From Podarcis cretensis (Eukaryota), in NCBI GenBank assembly GCA_951804945.1, contig OX638149.1, positions 101,060,001 to 101,124,000 on the forward strand: a DNA stretch of 64,000 bases. The letters are read 5' to 3'. The position numbers and the translations under genes are program-made. Positions 49,563-62,565 of the stretch are shown here, piece after piece; position 1 is the first letter of the stretch, and the number at the start of each line of letters is the position of its first letter. A model generated the notes under the pieces. That model did no database searches. It was not told where the DNA came from and saw only the letters and a program-made list of their open reading frames with translations.

Positions 49563-51036
49563 AATATGCCATTGGGTCTCTTCCAAGCATGCTGGGATTT
49601 TACAATGTAACAGAGCACAGTTTTTTGTACGCTACTTCTCCAACCACACTGAACAATCAAAACTGAAGCCATTTAACAGTATTGTAGGATACTCATGAAA
49701 TGAAATACAACTCAGTTTGTACTACTGGTGCAGTAATCCTCCAGTTTCTAGTGTTTGCACTCTGTAGGTTCAGTGTTGTACACAGTTACCTGGGAGTAAA
49801 TCACTGAACTCAGTGAGATTTGCCTCTGAGTAGGCATGCTAAGGCTTGCACTGCAAAATACCCCAAGACATCATGGTAATAATGTGCCGTTTCAGTTCAC
49901 TCTACTGAACTCTATGTGCCTAAATCCCCTTCTGTGCTTGAGTTTGTCCTTCCTGCTGTGCAATTAAATGCCATTCGAATCCTGATATCATCGTAGCAGA
50001 TTGAGCTTGCCCTCATGATCTTTTGCCATGGTCCAATCAAGAGAGAATAATAGATTTTCAATGTAGGGTTAGCCCAGCTTAATCTCTGTTATATGTTTCC
50101 TACCTGCAAATAGAGAATAGAACAGTTAGAGTTCAAGAGCTCCCCTACATAACTATCATTATATTAAGTAGAATTATTATTCCTGTGTAGGCTAAAACTC
50201 AACCTTAATGATAGCCTCTGTATTATCATTAGTAGGTGTTTTCCTCATGATCCTGTTTTTGAACGCTGTTTTCCCTGACTCATCCTACCAGCAAAGGAAA
50301 ATGAGAGCTAACCTTCAATGCCTCAGGGGGACAAAAATCCCCTGTCAACCAAAACAACTGTTGTTTAAGACAAAGGAAAAGTAAGGTGTTGCTACATCTG
50401 CCTCCTCCTCTGTGGGAGATAAGCACACATATCCCACAGAGCTCTCCGCCCTGAATAGTCCGACATTATTTTTTGTTCTATTTTTAAAGTAATGTTCTGT
50501 GCACAGGTGAGTCTCATGCTGGGATTCTGATGGATTTAAGGTCTTAGTATGCAGATTAGTATGGAAATGGGGAAAGGAGGCGGGAGGAATATGTATTGTT
50601 TTCCACACTGCAGAAGTCTACTCACATCGGGGGCTTTTTCAAATTAGCATTGTTTTGAGATTACTTTCCACTAACACAGCTGAAAAGTTCATACAACAGC
50701 AACACTTCATATCTCTGAGTAAAACAGATGCTTGACAGTGCAACCCTGAGTGTGCTTACCATACCCACGGCAGTGGTATGGGACTGTAGCAGTGGTGGGC
50801 TAGGAAAGAAATATTATTTTTCCTTGGTTCATTTTGGTTTTTGAAATATATTTTGTTATTCATTCATAAAAATGACATTCATTTCTTTAGAGAGCCATTA
50901 AGATCACATGCATTTCTTTACTTACATGTCATATTGTTGGTTCCTTTATTTTAAGTAGCAACGAAACTGGTTTCAACAGCTCCCTACTGGTAGCCATTGT
51001 TCTATTTTCAGAGGCTCTGAGGCATTCTTGGTTCAT

Positions 51037-51098
51037 GGGGAGGCATAGCTCAGTGGTAGAGCATCTGCTTCGCACACAGATGAGGTTTAATATCCAGC
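51037..51098 (+). mobile_element. tRNA-like SINE head fragment (not a tRNA gene)
   Basis: ggggaggcatagctcagtggtagagcatctgctt A-box region. B-box degenerate, no acceptor stem. Confidence 0.6.
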
Positions 51099-51112
51099 CT
51101 AAAAACCTAGGA

Positions 51113-51223
51113 CAGGCACAGACAAACTCAGCCCTCCAGATGTTTTGGGACTACAACTCCCATCGTCCCTAGCTAAGAGGACCAGTGGTCAGGGGTGATG
51201 GGAACTGTAATCTCAAAACATCT
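51113..51223. mobile_element. hAT MITE (693-825 family), right TIR replaced by copied DNA
   Basis: caggcacagacaaactcagccctccagatgttttgggactacaac...aaaacatct, then foreign sequence. Confidence 0.82.
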
Positions 51224-52555
51224 TTGTTTTGTACGATTCCTTGCAAATGAAGGTGTTAAATGTTCGGAAAAGTCAGGAGGCCTGGGCAGGCCGGGGGCCT
51301 GGGCACGCCGGGTCATCTTCTTATATACCTGCTGGGATTGACAAGGCATCTGACTCTACCTGAATCTCATAGCTCTCCTGTAGCTGCCTGTGATTAGTTA
51401 TCATTAACTCTTGGGGGGGAAAGCATCACACGTCATGTGCATGGATGTTGCTGAACTGATTAACCAACTAGAAGAATTACTGTTAATAGCACCAGTTTTC
51501 CTATAACTTGATATTGCTGGATAGTTTTGATGAACTGCAAAAGCATTTTTAGTTTGCTTTCTGTTTCCACCCTGGAACTTTTCTTTATTAGTGCCACTTT
51601 GTTTTGTATGATTTTCTGCTTGTATATGTTGATAATATAATTTATGTGCCCATTGTATGCCTCACTCTTCCCAGACCTGCTCTCTTTTGGCCTGTATTTT
51701 GGAGCTTTATAATTTAGGAAGACTTTGGAAGAACTGGTTGACAAGTCTTATCAGTTGCTGACCTATGAGAAGATTTTATTTGCTGCTATTCTGTTCTTTT
51801 GATGCACCAGGGTTTACACCAGCATAATAGAGTTGGCCAGGATGCCAGAAGGGATACAATTTATGAGCTTTCTCCATTATCTGCACAGCAGGGGGTGTTC
51901 AGTCAACAGTGCAAAGGCTGAGCTGAAGTATTCCCTGCTGGTTACCTGCTTTCAGAAATAGGATTCACTGTTTGGTAGTGCCCAATTGGTTAGCTGTCAG
52001 ATTCTAGAGCTCCCTATTGGTGGCTCTTAGGTAATTCATAAAATACAGAGTCCATTCATAAAACACAGTATTCATTCATAAAGCAGTAACATAAATCTTC
52101 ATTGCTACATATTGGGTTTATACAATATTTCAGTGGTCGAACATACAAGCTTATGGCCATTCTGTAGTGTAGTGCTTATGCAACTGTGAATAAAAGGTGG
52201 CTGGGCTCATTGTCTCAGGGTTGGGGGGGAGAGGCGACAAAACTGATTTGATTAGTGCCACTTTATTTTGTACGATTCCTTGCAAATGAAGGTGTTAAAT
52301 GTTCGAAAAAAGTCAGAAGCCCAAGGCAGTATAAGTTCCTCAACTAAGTTTGTTCAACATTTGTCAGTGACAACAGCTCACTCATAGAGAACTAAACTGA
52401 CTGGACAACACAATAATGAACCCGAGCATGAACTTTGACAGTTGACAGTTGAAAATGCATGCCCTTACTTGCCATTAGAAAGTTTGTCTACTAACGCTTA
52501 TACGATTGGTTAGAACGTGCCTTGTAACATAAGATGTGTTAAACCCAATACATAA

Positions 52556-52884
52556 CATGGACTGCAAGAAGATAAACCTATCCATTCTGAAGGAAATCAG
52601 CCCTCAATGCTCACTGGAAGGACAGAACCTGAAGCTGAGGCTCCAATACTTTGGCCAACTCATGAGAAGAGAAGACTCCCTGGAAAAGACCCTGATGTTG
52701 GGAAAGATGGAGGGCACAAGGAGAAGGGGACGACAGAGGACGACATGGTTGGACAGTGTTCTCGAAGCTACCAGCATGAGTTTGACCAAACTGCAGGAGG
52801 CAGTGGAAGACAGGAGTGCCTGGCATGCTCTGGTCCATGGCGTCACGAAGAGTCGGACATGACTAAATGACTAAACAACAACAA
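52556..52884 (+). mobile_element. BovB (RTE) 3' fragment
   Basis: Same peptide motif as 48682 and a gactaaacaacaac tail. Confidence 0.92.
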
Positions 52885-53571
52885 ATGTACATATGCTTCA
52901 TTTCAAGAAGCAACAGTGTTCCCCCCCCCCCAAACAGTTCCAAGAAACAGCAAATTTCATTTCTGGTTTTCAACACACAACGTGAGGTGTTGAAAGACTT
53001 GGTGATGCTACCTTTGGATGTCAGCCTCAGATTAGAATGTGATGAAAGAGGACATACAGCATTACTGGACAGTAAAATGCCTCCAGCCGCAAGCAAACCT
53101 GTCCTTGTTAATTTTATCTCAAACCCATTAGTGATTTGTCACTGCCTCTGAATTCTTCAATCCATTTTCTCTATAAAAATGTCGAGCTGTCTCTTAAATT
53201 CATTTATGCCATTGGCTTTTATGACCTTCCTTGAGATCTTACTTTTTGTTATTTCCCATCTTGTATGAAATAGCTCTGCCTGAGTGAATTCCCGGGTTGC
53301 TCTTAATTTTCTATTTTTGGCTCTGAGGCTGTATGTCCCCTAGTTACTAAATTCCTTACCAACAGAAACATTTTGTGCAATTAATTAATTTTTTTGACCC
53401 AGTCTATTATCAATTAATTGGCCAAAATACCTATAAAAATAACCTCAGCTCAGTCCACATCTGGCAGCTTAAAAAAAAAATATATTACGTGCAGAAAATT
53501 ATGAAAAGTTGCAGAAATTAGGAAGGGATTGTTCACATAGGGAGTACACACAAACTGTTCTCATCCCAACA

Positions 53572-53990
53572 CTTCTTTGGTGATCACTTGTAGCCGAGTA
53601 AGATTGTCTTCCATAAACATGGTTTTAACAGTGAGTCTGTAAGTGGCTGTGGAGTCCAATTCTGGATCCACACGTCCTTCCACAGTGGGGAAATTGGTTT
53701 CTGGGTGCGAGTTGATCACGGTGTGGATTTGCCAAGCGTGCCTTCCTCTTAGCACGTTTCTCCCTTGTGTCCTGAGTTTGAGTGTCTTCAAAGCCCATGA
53801 CACCTTTGGTAAAGGCTGTTTTCCAACTGGAGCGCTCGCAGGCCAGTGTTTCCCAGTTGTCAGTGTTTATACTACATTTTTTAAGATTTGCCTTGAGACA
53901 GTCTTTAAACATCTTTTGTTGACCACCAGCATTACACTTTCCATTTTTAAGTTCGAAATAGAGTAGTTGCTTTAGAAGATGATCATCAGG
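53572..53990 (-). mobile_element. RTE-clade LINE 3' fragment (non-BovB)
   Basis: FKDCLKANLKKCSINTDNWETLACERSSW...HCGRTCGSRIGLHSHLQTH with a degenerate C2H2, and a (gaa)-type tail. Confidence 0.85.
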
Positions 53991-54328
53991 TAGATTATTC
54001 AGGACTTTAATCCATGTCCCTAGAAAATATGTTTATGGTAGCTGGGAGTTGGACAATCAATCTCTGAAACTCTGGACAGCCCCTTGTGGCCTTTGCTTGA
54101 TTTTGGCTATGGTAAAATAAGGCATACAAATATATATAATCCTTGGAAATAAGTTCCATTGAAATCAATGTGGCTTTACTTCCATGTAAATTTTAAAGCA
54201 TCATGTTGGCAGCCACAAATCATGATATAGTTTAAATGCAACAAAGCTTACCCAAAAGAAGCCAGGTAAAACAGTTTATGTTCCAGTTCAGTTTTGAAAA
54301 ACAGACTTACCTATTCACAATTAGGCTT

Positions 54329-56053
54329 CATAGAATCTAGAGTTGGAAGGGACCCAAGGGTCATCTAGTCCAACCCCCTGCAGTGCAGAAATCTCAGCTA
54401 AAGCATCCATGACAGGTGGCCATCCAACCTCTGTTTAAAAACATCCAAGGAAGGAGAGGCCACCACTTCTCATGGGAGTCTGTTCCACTGCTGAACAGCT
54501 CTTACTGTCAGAAAGTTTTTTTGAATGTTTAGTCGGAATCTCCTTTCTTGCAACTTGAAGCCATTGGTTTGAGTCTTACCCTCCAGAGCAGGAGAAGACA
54601 ACAATGCTCTCTCCCCCATGTGACAGCCCTTAAAATATTTGAGGATGGTTATCATATCCCCGCTCGGTCTCTTCTTTTCCAGGCTAAACATGCCCACCTC
54701 CTTGAAGCACTCCTCATAAGGCTTAGTTTCCAGACCCTTGATCATCCTGGTTGCCCTCCTCTGCACACTTTCCAGCTTGTAAACATCCTTCTTAAATTGT
54801 AGTGCCCAAGTGTGGTCTGACTAAGGCAGAATAGAGTGGTACGATTCCTTCCCTTGATCTGGACACTATACTTCTGTTGACGCAGCCTAGAATAGCATTA
54901 GCTTTTTTGATGCTGCATCCACATGGTTGACTCATGTTAAGCATGTGATCCACCAGGACCCCTAGATCTTTTTCACATGTACTACTAGGAAGCCCGGTGC
55001 CCCTCCAAATTTTGAATCTGGTTCTTCCTGCCTAAGGGCAAAAACTTACATTTGTCCTTACTGAAATTCATTTTGTTAGCTTCAGCCCAGTTCTCCAATC
55101 TGTTAAGGTCAATTTGAATTCTGATTCTGCCTTCTGTGGCATTGGCTACCCCTCCCAGTTTGGTGTAATCTGCAAATTTGATGAACACCCCCTCAACTCC
55201 TTCATCTAAGTCATTTATAAAGACATTGAACAATAACAGGCCTGGGACAGAACCCTGTGGCACCCCACTTGTCAATTTTTCCAGAATGATGAGGAACCAT
55301 TAATGAGTACACTTTGGGTTTGGTCAGTCAACCAGCTACAAATCCACCTAACAGTTACCTCGTTCAACCTACATTTTACCAGCTTCCTCACGAGAATATC
55401 ATCAAATGCCTTACTGAAGTCAAGATACACTATATCCACAGCATTTCCCTGATCCATCAGGTTTGCAATTCCATCAAAAAAAAATAAATCAGATTGGTCT
55501 GGCATGACTTACTTTTAAGAAACCCATGCTGGTCTTAGGAATCACAGCATCTTTTTCTAAATGATCACAGACCAACTGTTGAATTATCTGTTCTAGGACC
55601 TTCCCTGGTATCAATGTCAAGCTTGGTAGTTACCTGGGTCTTCCTTTCCCCCCTCTTTGAAGATGGAGACAACATTTGCCCACCTCTAGTCTGTAGGGAC
55701 TACCAGAGCCTAGGACTTGCTGATCAGAAGGTTGGCAGTTCAAATCCCCGCGATGGAGTGAGCTCCCGTTGCTCAGTCCCTGCTCCTGCCAGCCTAGCAG
55801 TTCCAAAGCACATCAAAGTGCAAGTAGATAAATAGGTACCGCTCTGGCAGGAAGGTAAACGGCGTTTCCGTGCGCTGCTCTGGTTCGCTAGAAGTGGCTT
55901 AGTCATGCTGGCCACATGACCCGGAAGCTGTACGCCGGTTCCCTTGGCCAATAAAGCAAGATGAGTGCTGCAACCCCAGAGTCGGCCGCGACTCTGGGGT
56001 CCCTTTACCTTTACCTTAGTCTGTAGGGACCTCACCTATTCTCCAAGAATTCA
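54329..56053 (-). mobile_element. Decayed CR1 LINE (frameshifted RT), interrupted by a SINE
   Basis: Fragment ORFs: VDIVYLDFSKAFD, GVPQGSV, FADY, SLEKKRPSGDMI. CR1 3' terminus. Confidence 0.92.
55702..56016 (+). mobile_element. 5'-truncated Sauria/Squam1 SINE inside CR1
   Basis: (accttt)n tail and 14-bp TSD tagtctgtagggac (55687-55700, 56017-56030). Confidence 0.93.
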
Positions 56054-59000
56054 TGCCCATGCCCATGCGTTTACCCACAGGAATTTCCCTGTAGAGTCAG
56101 GTTCACAAGCATATGACCAAGTACAGCAGTGTGCATACAAATTCTATTTATTTGGTAATTCTATACCTCACTTTTTGATTGACATCCTCAAAGCAACTTA
56201 CAATGTTTATAAAATACTTGGATACAGAATATGCCACCCCTGAACAACTACACCCAAGAAAGAATGGCATTCCTCTCAGTGTGAAGCAGGAACCTGATGT
56301 CTTCCTTAACTGCCTCCCCTCCAACTTCTTTTCCTCAGACCAGTTGGCGGTAGGTGCTTCCATGGTTTTCTAGATTTGACCAGATATAACACTTTCATTT
56401 CCCTTTTGTAGTTAAAACTTTGACACCTTGGGTTTGTCATGGAAGTCCCATACTATCGTTTCCTACCGTACAGTAAAAATGTATCCTACCACATACATTC
56501 TAGAAAGTTGCTCGCTGTTTTATCATGGTGCAACATGCAAACCAATGGCCCGTGCATTAGAGAGGCCTTTTAAGTGCAACTGTAAATAAATTTCTGTGCT
56601 TGCAAAGAAGCAAACATAAATAAAGTTCAAAGGCAAAACACTCTGAGACATAAATCAGGCTTTGAGTTCACTTTCTAATATATATATTTACATAGGTAAA
56701 TGAATAAAGAAGAATGAAATTAAATACAACACTCCACTGCTAATAGTGTCAGGCAAATAACAAATTTACAAAACTAATCTGTTCTGCACAAGCTGAGCTA
56801 ATGAGTGTCATATGGGTCACATCCTCAAATTGCAAATAAATGCTATCATTTATCAAACTAACATGTTATTCAATAAATCTTCACCGCCACTCTTTGTACT
56901 TATCTACTGTATCATTTCATATTTATTTCTGATTTAAGAAACTGTTTCCCGTGTCTGACCTCATATAATGGAAAACTACAGAAATCAGACAGTAGCTAAT
57001 TCAAGAGCCATATAATTTAGAGCTAAACAGAGTCAGAGACCACTGTTGGCGTGCTCCTGTTTCACTGCACTGTGTATCCTGAGCACAGATATTAACAACT
57101 GTTTGTGTTTCTGTGAGAATGCAAAACAGTGTGGCTTTTGAAAGACTTCAGAATGCACCAAGTTCAAATATGAAGGACTGTCACTCTTAGTGGAGTTTCC
57201 CTTCACCTGATGAGTGGGGTTAAGGAGATGTGGGGCAATATTAATTTCCATCATTACACATACATTTCATTGAGTGAACTGTTATTTTTAAATCATAAGC
57301 CACACTGAGCAGAGGCAGGAAGTGAAAACAAATAAAGGCTCTATTAATGCAAATTTGAGATAAAAGAGCCAATGTCAAAGGCTTGGGATCCCTAGATGTT
57401 TGCCTCAGGCAGCGCTTTGCAGAAGGGTGTGCTTGGCAGTGATTAGGGTATTCAAATGGCAGAAAATTTCAAGGCATATGAATGTTAATTTAGTCTGTGT
57501 CTCAAACTGCAGCTAAAAATCCTCTCACCATCTGCAGCTTGCGCTAGGAAGTGGTGTGGAGGGTTAGTTGAAAGCAGAAGATTCATTAATGCTCTCTTGA
57601 ATCAGGGGTTAAGCGTGGAAAGGAAAACCTCTTTTTCCATGAGTGAGTCAGCTACTGAGTGAGATTCTATTCTTTTTGGGAAGGGTTCCAAACACAAAGC
57701 CCCAGCTGTTGGGTTGGAAAGGGGAGCTGTATGTGCAGGACCTGTTTGTGCATAAGTTCCCCTTCCAACTGAGGATACATGTGCTTCCTTAGCTGGGTTG
57801 CGGCTGATTTGTGAGAATGCATATAGGACAGGTAGTCAACAAGGTGTTGTTGCAGGTGTTGTTGGACCGCAAGTCCCATTATCCTTGGTTATTGACCATA
57901 CTAGCTCAGGCTAGTGGGCGTCCAAAAACATCTGCAAGGCATCATGTTGACTACCCTTGGCATATATATATCATAGGAGGGGAACAGGATCTGGCTGGTT
58001 GGCCAGATCCTGGACTCCCTTACCACCTGTGGGCCACTTTGACAGGTCAGTATGACCGCCCATCTGTCAACAGCAGCATCATCACATCAGGTGACCCAAC
58101 TTCAAAGAAAAGAATTGGGAGTGCACTCTAAGTGAGCCCCTGATAATTTCCTTTCTTCTTTTGCAGCCCTACGTGGGTTTGCACCATCACCACCAAGGCA
58201 AAATATGGCTCTCTGTAGCCAATCCCAGCAGCAGTTGCAGTCAGCATTTATCAGCTGACCAATGCTGACTGCGGTGCTTGCTTTTTGCAAGAAAAGGTGC
58301 CAAATACAAGCTCCAGTTTGCAAAGGAATAATTTGGACTGCAATCTGGAGTGCACTTTTAGGCTCCCTGGTAATTCAAATCCCCAAAATGCAAGAAGAAA
58401 CTTGCACAATTTCATAGGGATCCCCAGAATCAGTTCATACATCCATTAACTCAGGTATATGGTTGCATGAGTCTTACTTTATCTAACTGCATATGGGAGG
58501 GAGTGAACAGATAAGGCGGAAAACTGTACCACATGTTCATTGGAAGATTATGCCCTCGTCCTGCTTACTTTCTTTTTACAGTTGTAAGGGGTGGGGGAGC
58601 ACTGAAAGACAAGGTCTTTTTTCAGAAGTGACATTGTCTGTGCTCCTGTGGTGAGATGGGGTTAATTACAGCTACAGTCTTAGACAGGAATTCATCCATC
58701 CTGTAGCCATAAGGGACAGAATGCTGTAACATCTTGCCTTCAAACATCATTCTCCCTTTCTCCCCCACCCCTCTTAGAAATATTTGATTTATGTTGAACC
58801 TGCTTCTCAGTGCTTGCGCTATTGTGGAAACAGATAGGAAGTTGTTTCTGAAATCCACATGCCTCAACACTTAACTCACTTAAAATCATGGCCTTTCTGT
58901 ACCCTTCTAAAGTAGTGCCCAAGGGGCCCATTGCAAAAGGAAGGGGGGGCAAACACCTCTGCTCAAACCCTGAAATACTTCTGCAGATTCTTACTTGGGG

Positions 59001-61559
59001 TGCTCTGGCAAACTGCCTTAAAGAAGCTACCGAAGCCTTCAGAAACACCATGTGTTGGGTGAAATTGCTGGCAGCTCTTGCATGACCACCATGGAAATTC
59101 TTGTCCGTACCTTTAAGGCATTGGTGATGGTGGTAGTAGGTTCTGCCATCAGAGCTGTGCAAGTGCATTGCTGGGGTCTTGGTTGTCGCCCCTGGTGACA
59201 TTAACAGCTCAAGTAACTGTCCAGTTGGCATCTGTGTACTTGCACAGTGATGGTTGCAGCATCCCCTTTAGGACCATGAAATTCCTACTTCTAGTGCAAT
59301 AACTCCTGGAAGTAAGCAGACTTCCTCATTGGCCGACTACCTCATTGGCCAATGTTCCCTATAAACTATTAGGAACAAAAAAATTGTCATCCCATCCAAA
59401 ACAAAGCTATACGCTATCACATGCAAGTCACATTTGGGTGCATTGTTGGTTTGTTTTTTTGTTTTTTTGTTTAAATTCTTCTTGATTAAGACATTGAATA
59501 AGGTCTAAACCATGGAATCCGTTCTTTCCACTCACGAATATCAGTTAAACTTCTAACTGTTCTGCTAACGTATTGCTCTGTGTACAGCTTTGTGCTAGCT
59601 GGCAAGGAACCATCCCTGAAGAAAACTGGGGTGCCCTAGGCCTAGAAGAAGCCAATATGTTCTTGGAAGTACCCCAAGTTTTCTGAACATCTGGCTCTAA
59701 TAGAACTGTTCTATGGTGACAGTAATATATTTTCAGCTAAGACCCTCTGAGGACCAACTGCATGTGTCAGCATCTGTGTAGCACCTTGTAATGGCATTCT
59801 GCAATGTCACCTTCCTGAACGAACTCTTCTCATTGCAACAACATATCACAACCTTTGCTCAGAGAAATGTGAGAGGCTGGTGACCAGTCCTAGGTGGTTC
59901 CTTAATGCAGATAATGCTTTTGGCCAATGGCAATAGGATTAAAGGGTAAAAGGGTTTAAGAGTATGGAGATATGTTGACAGAATATTATTTTTTAAGGAA
60001 TGTATTCACTTGTATTCCAACAAAGAACAGAGTAGGTTTGCAGGCTAAGGGTATTGGGTCTAGCTTTCCCATACTCATGCTGTTACTTGTAATTCACTTA
60101 GAATCCCTGCAAGAGAATTGCCATTTTGACTTTTATATTTGACAGCTGAAATCTCAGTTTGGCTTTTGCATGGCTTGAATGCAGCTTAATGTACAAAAGT
60201 AAGAGTCACACCCATGACTCTGCCCACTTTTGCCCCGGCTGCCCTTACCACTGACTAGCATGTGGGCCTTGAAAGGCTTCCCAGGAGGAAATGCATACCT
60301 TGGGCCGAAAAAGGTTTCCCATCCCTATCCTAGCACAAGGATACATTTAAGAGCCTGCTGAAATTCTTCTCTGGTAGTCCAAAGTGGGACTTATCCCCTG
60401 AAAGACTTGATTTGTGTCTATTTGGTTATGTATCAGACAGATTCTTGACAGGTCAACAACCCTTCCAAATCCTGATTAGACCTAAAACTGCAATCCTATG
60501 CACATTTACCAGGGAATAATCCCCATTAAGCATAATAGGACTTACCTCCAAGTAAAGATGTATAGGCTGTTGAGATACTTCAGATGAGAGTGTCTTGCTT
60601 TGCTGTTATGGTAATGATGTATTTTAATGTTTCCCTTTAAATATAAAAACCTACCAGCGTATATGTGTCTTACAAATCATTTGCATATAGTTTATGTCAC
60701 TGAAACTCCACAATGCATAGCCAAATTGCTAAAAATGTATTTACCTGATATTAACTGTTGTGTTTCCTACTGCAAATGCCTTACATATGTTTAGTCAGCT
60801 ATTTCTAATATGGCATGCACCATTAAAGATCAAGTAAATGTGTTTGTCGCGGCTGCCTGTTTAAACTGGCCTAATATACCATTCATAATAAGCAAGATGT
60901 ACACAAGCATTGTAAGCTATTTTATAAATCATCGTTATTAAAATACATGGGCTGCAATCCAGAGAAACAGAGCAATGTATTCTGTGGTGCTTTCTACGAG
61001 CTGCCTATGACTGACTGAACATGCTGGCGACAAAATTCAGCAGGGTTGTCAAATACTGTTTTCAGTGCATGTAGCATCAAGAGTTGCTGACAGAAAAGCA
61101 AACAAGTGGTGTGTGTGTGTGAGAGAGAGAAGGCCTATTGTAAAGGAGGATTTAAATGCTAAATCATAGCCAAACTCTTAAATTGAAACAGATGGCTTTT
61201 CAGTGTTGTTTGCATACTTTTACTGATCTGGACTGTAAATGCAGTGCTGTAAAGCACTTTTTAAGATACAATTTTTTTTATGAACACTGTTACAACATAA
61301 TTTTTCTGCACGCGTACCTCCGTAGCGACTTCATTAATAGATTATCTGAAACCCTGTTTTGATGCCTATGCAGAAGGTAAATGGGAAGGTGCAATACAGA
61401 AAGGGTGTATTGATAGAATAATTACGAAGGAGATGGGTGCACAATGAATGAAGTAAACCAGTTGTCTTTCAGCACTAAAGTAGATACACTTCACTTTTTA
61501 CAGCATATAAATAATGAACCTGTTAATTCCCATATTGGCTGTTCAAGGAAGCCGCATGC

Positions 61560-61928
61560 TTCAGACTTCCCTACTGACCCTCTTGAGTGTTAAGATCGGC
61601 AGAAGGAGCTCTTTCTATAGTTTGGTCTCCCTCGTAAGCTTGGGCATTAGGAGTCTGGGAGAGGACCTTCTCTGTGGCAGCCTTTAAGCTGTGGAATTCC
61701 CTCCCCGCAAAAATGCATCTGGTACCTTCATTGCACAGCTTTTGTCATACTTCTAGGACTCACCCTATTCTTTTGGTTTTAAATTACTTTTAATATTGTA
61801 GGGTGTTCTGTTTTGTTTTGTTTTGCTTTGCTTTTTTGCTTTTTTGCTTTGCTGGTTGTTGTTTTCTGTAACCTGTCCTGGGATCGCCCTGGTGAAGGGC
61901 AGGTAAGAAATCTAAAAATAATAATAAT
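61560..61928 (+). mobile_element. L2 LINE 3' end
   Basis: gagaggaccttctctgtggcagcc...gctgtggaattccctccc (RAFSVAAPxLWNSLP-like), T-rich UTR, gaagggcagg...(aat)n tail. Confidence 0.78.
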
Positions 61929-62271
61929 ACCAGCAGCAGGTTTGTTTCCATCATGTTCATTCAGTTTGAAAGAGAACTTGAAAAAGAAACCGACCCTGTT
62001 TGAATATGCTCTCAAGAAGCAGGAGAGATGTAACCCACTGAACTTCATTATGTTCTTTGCACATTGATAGATCACAATTAAACTATAATATCCCCATTTC
62101 TGATAATTCTGCATTTAATGTTCAAATAACAGCTCTATCCAGCTTCAGAAGGAAAGAAAGAAGGAATATACAAAAGAAACTGCAATGTGACATCTGAAGA
62201 TGGGCCCCTAGAAAATTATGCTTTGCCAATTCATTTTTAATGTTGAAAGTCATGAAAAGAATCTTTCCCTT

Positions 62272-62361
62272 GTTTGGGTGCAGCAAAGTTGTTCTTGCCA
62301 AAATGCCCAGTGGCCAGTTTGGGTGCAGCAAAGTTGTTCTTGCCAAAATGCCCAGTGGGCA
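62272..62361. repeat. 45-bp tandem duplication
   Basis: gtttgggtgcagcaaagttgttcttgccaaaatgcccagtgg(c/g)ca x2. Confidence 0.92.
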
Positions 62362-62461
62362 AGAGTGTTGCCTATGTATTGAGACATTGACCAACATCAG
62401 AAATTATTGTGGGTGAATTGCTTCTATCCAAACATTTGGTCCAATTGCTACATAACTGAAC

Positions 62462-62565
62462 AAGATATGAACCTGCCTTATACTGAATCAGATCAATTTT
62501 CCATCTAGGCCAGTACTCTCTACCAGCAAACATTTCGCTGGGTCTCAGTCTGAGGTCTTTTCTAC
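62462..62565 (-). mobile_element. Decayed tRNA-derived SINE fragment
   Basis: ctgccttatactgaatcagatcaattttccatctaggccagtactctcta, same family as 45440. Confidence 0.55.

Noticed and set aside
51037-51098. tRNA gene
   Set aside because: Only the A-box/D-arm is present, with no T-arm or acceptor stem. It matches the head of a SINE family seen elsewhere in the window.
7645-56053. Strand bias of CR1 copies (5 of 6 on minus) as evidence of a + strand host gene
   Set aside because: Small numbers, and the young L1 and BovB copies are on the plus strand.
62272-62361. CRISPR-like or functional repeat array (also 3175, 21992, 36618)
   Set aside because: Two adjacent units without spacers in a eukaryote. 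These are ordinary slippage duplications.
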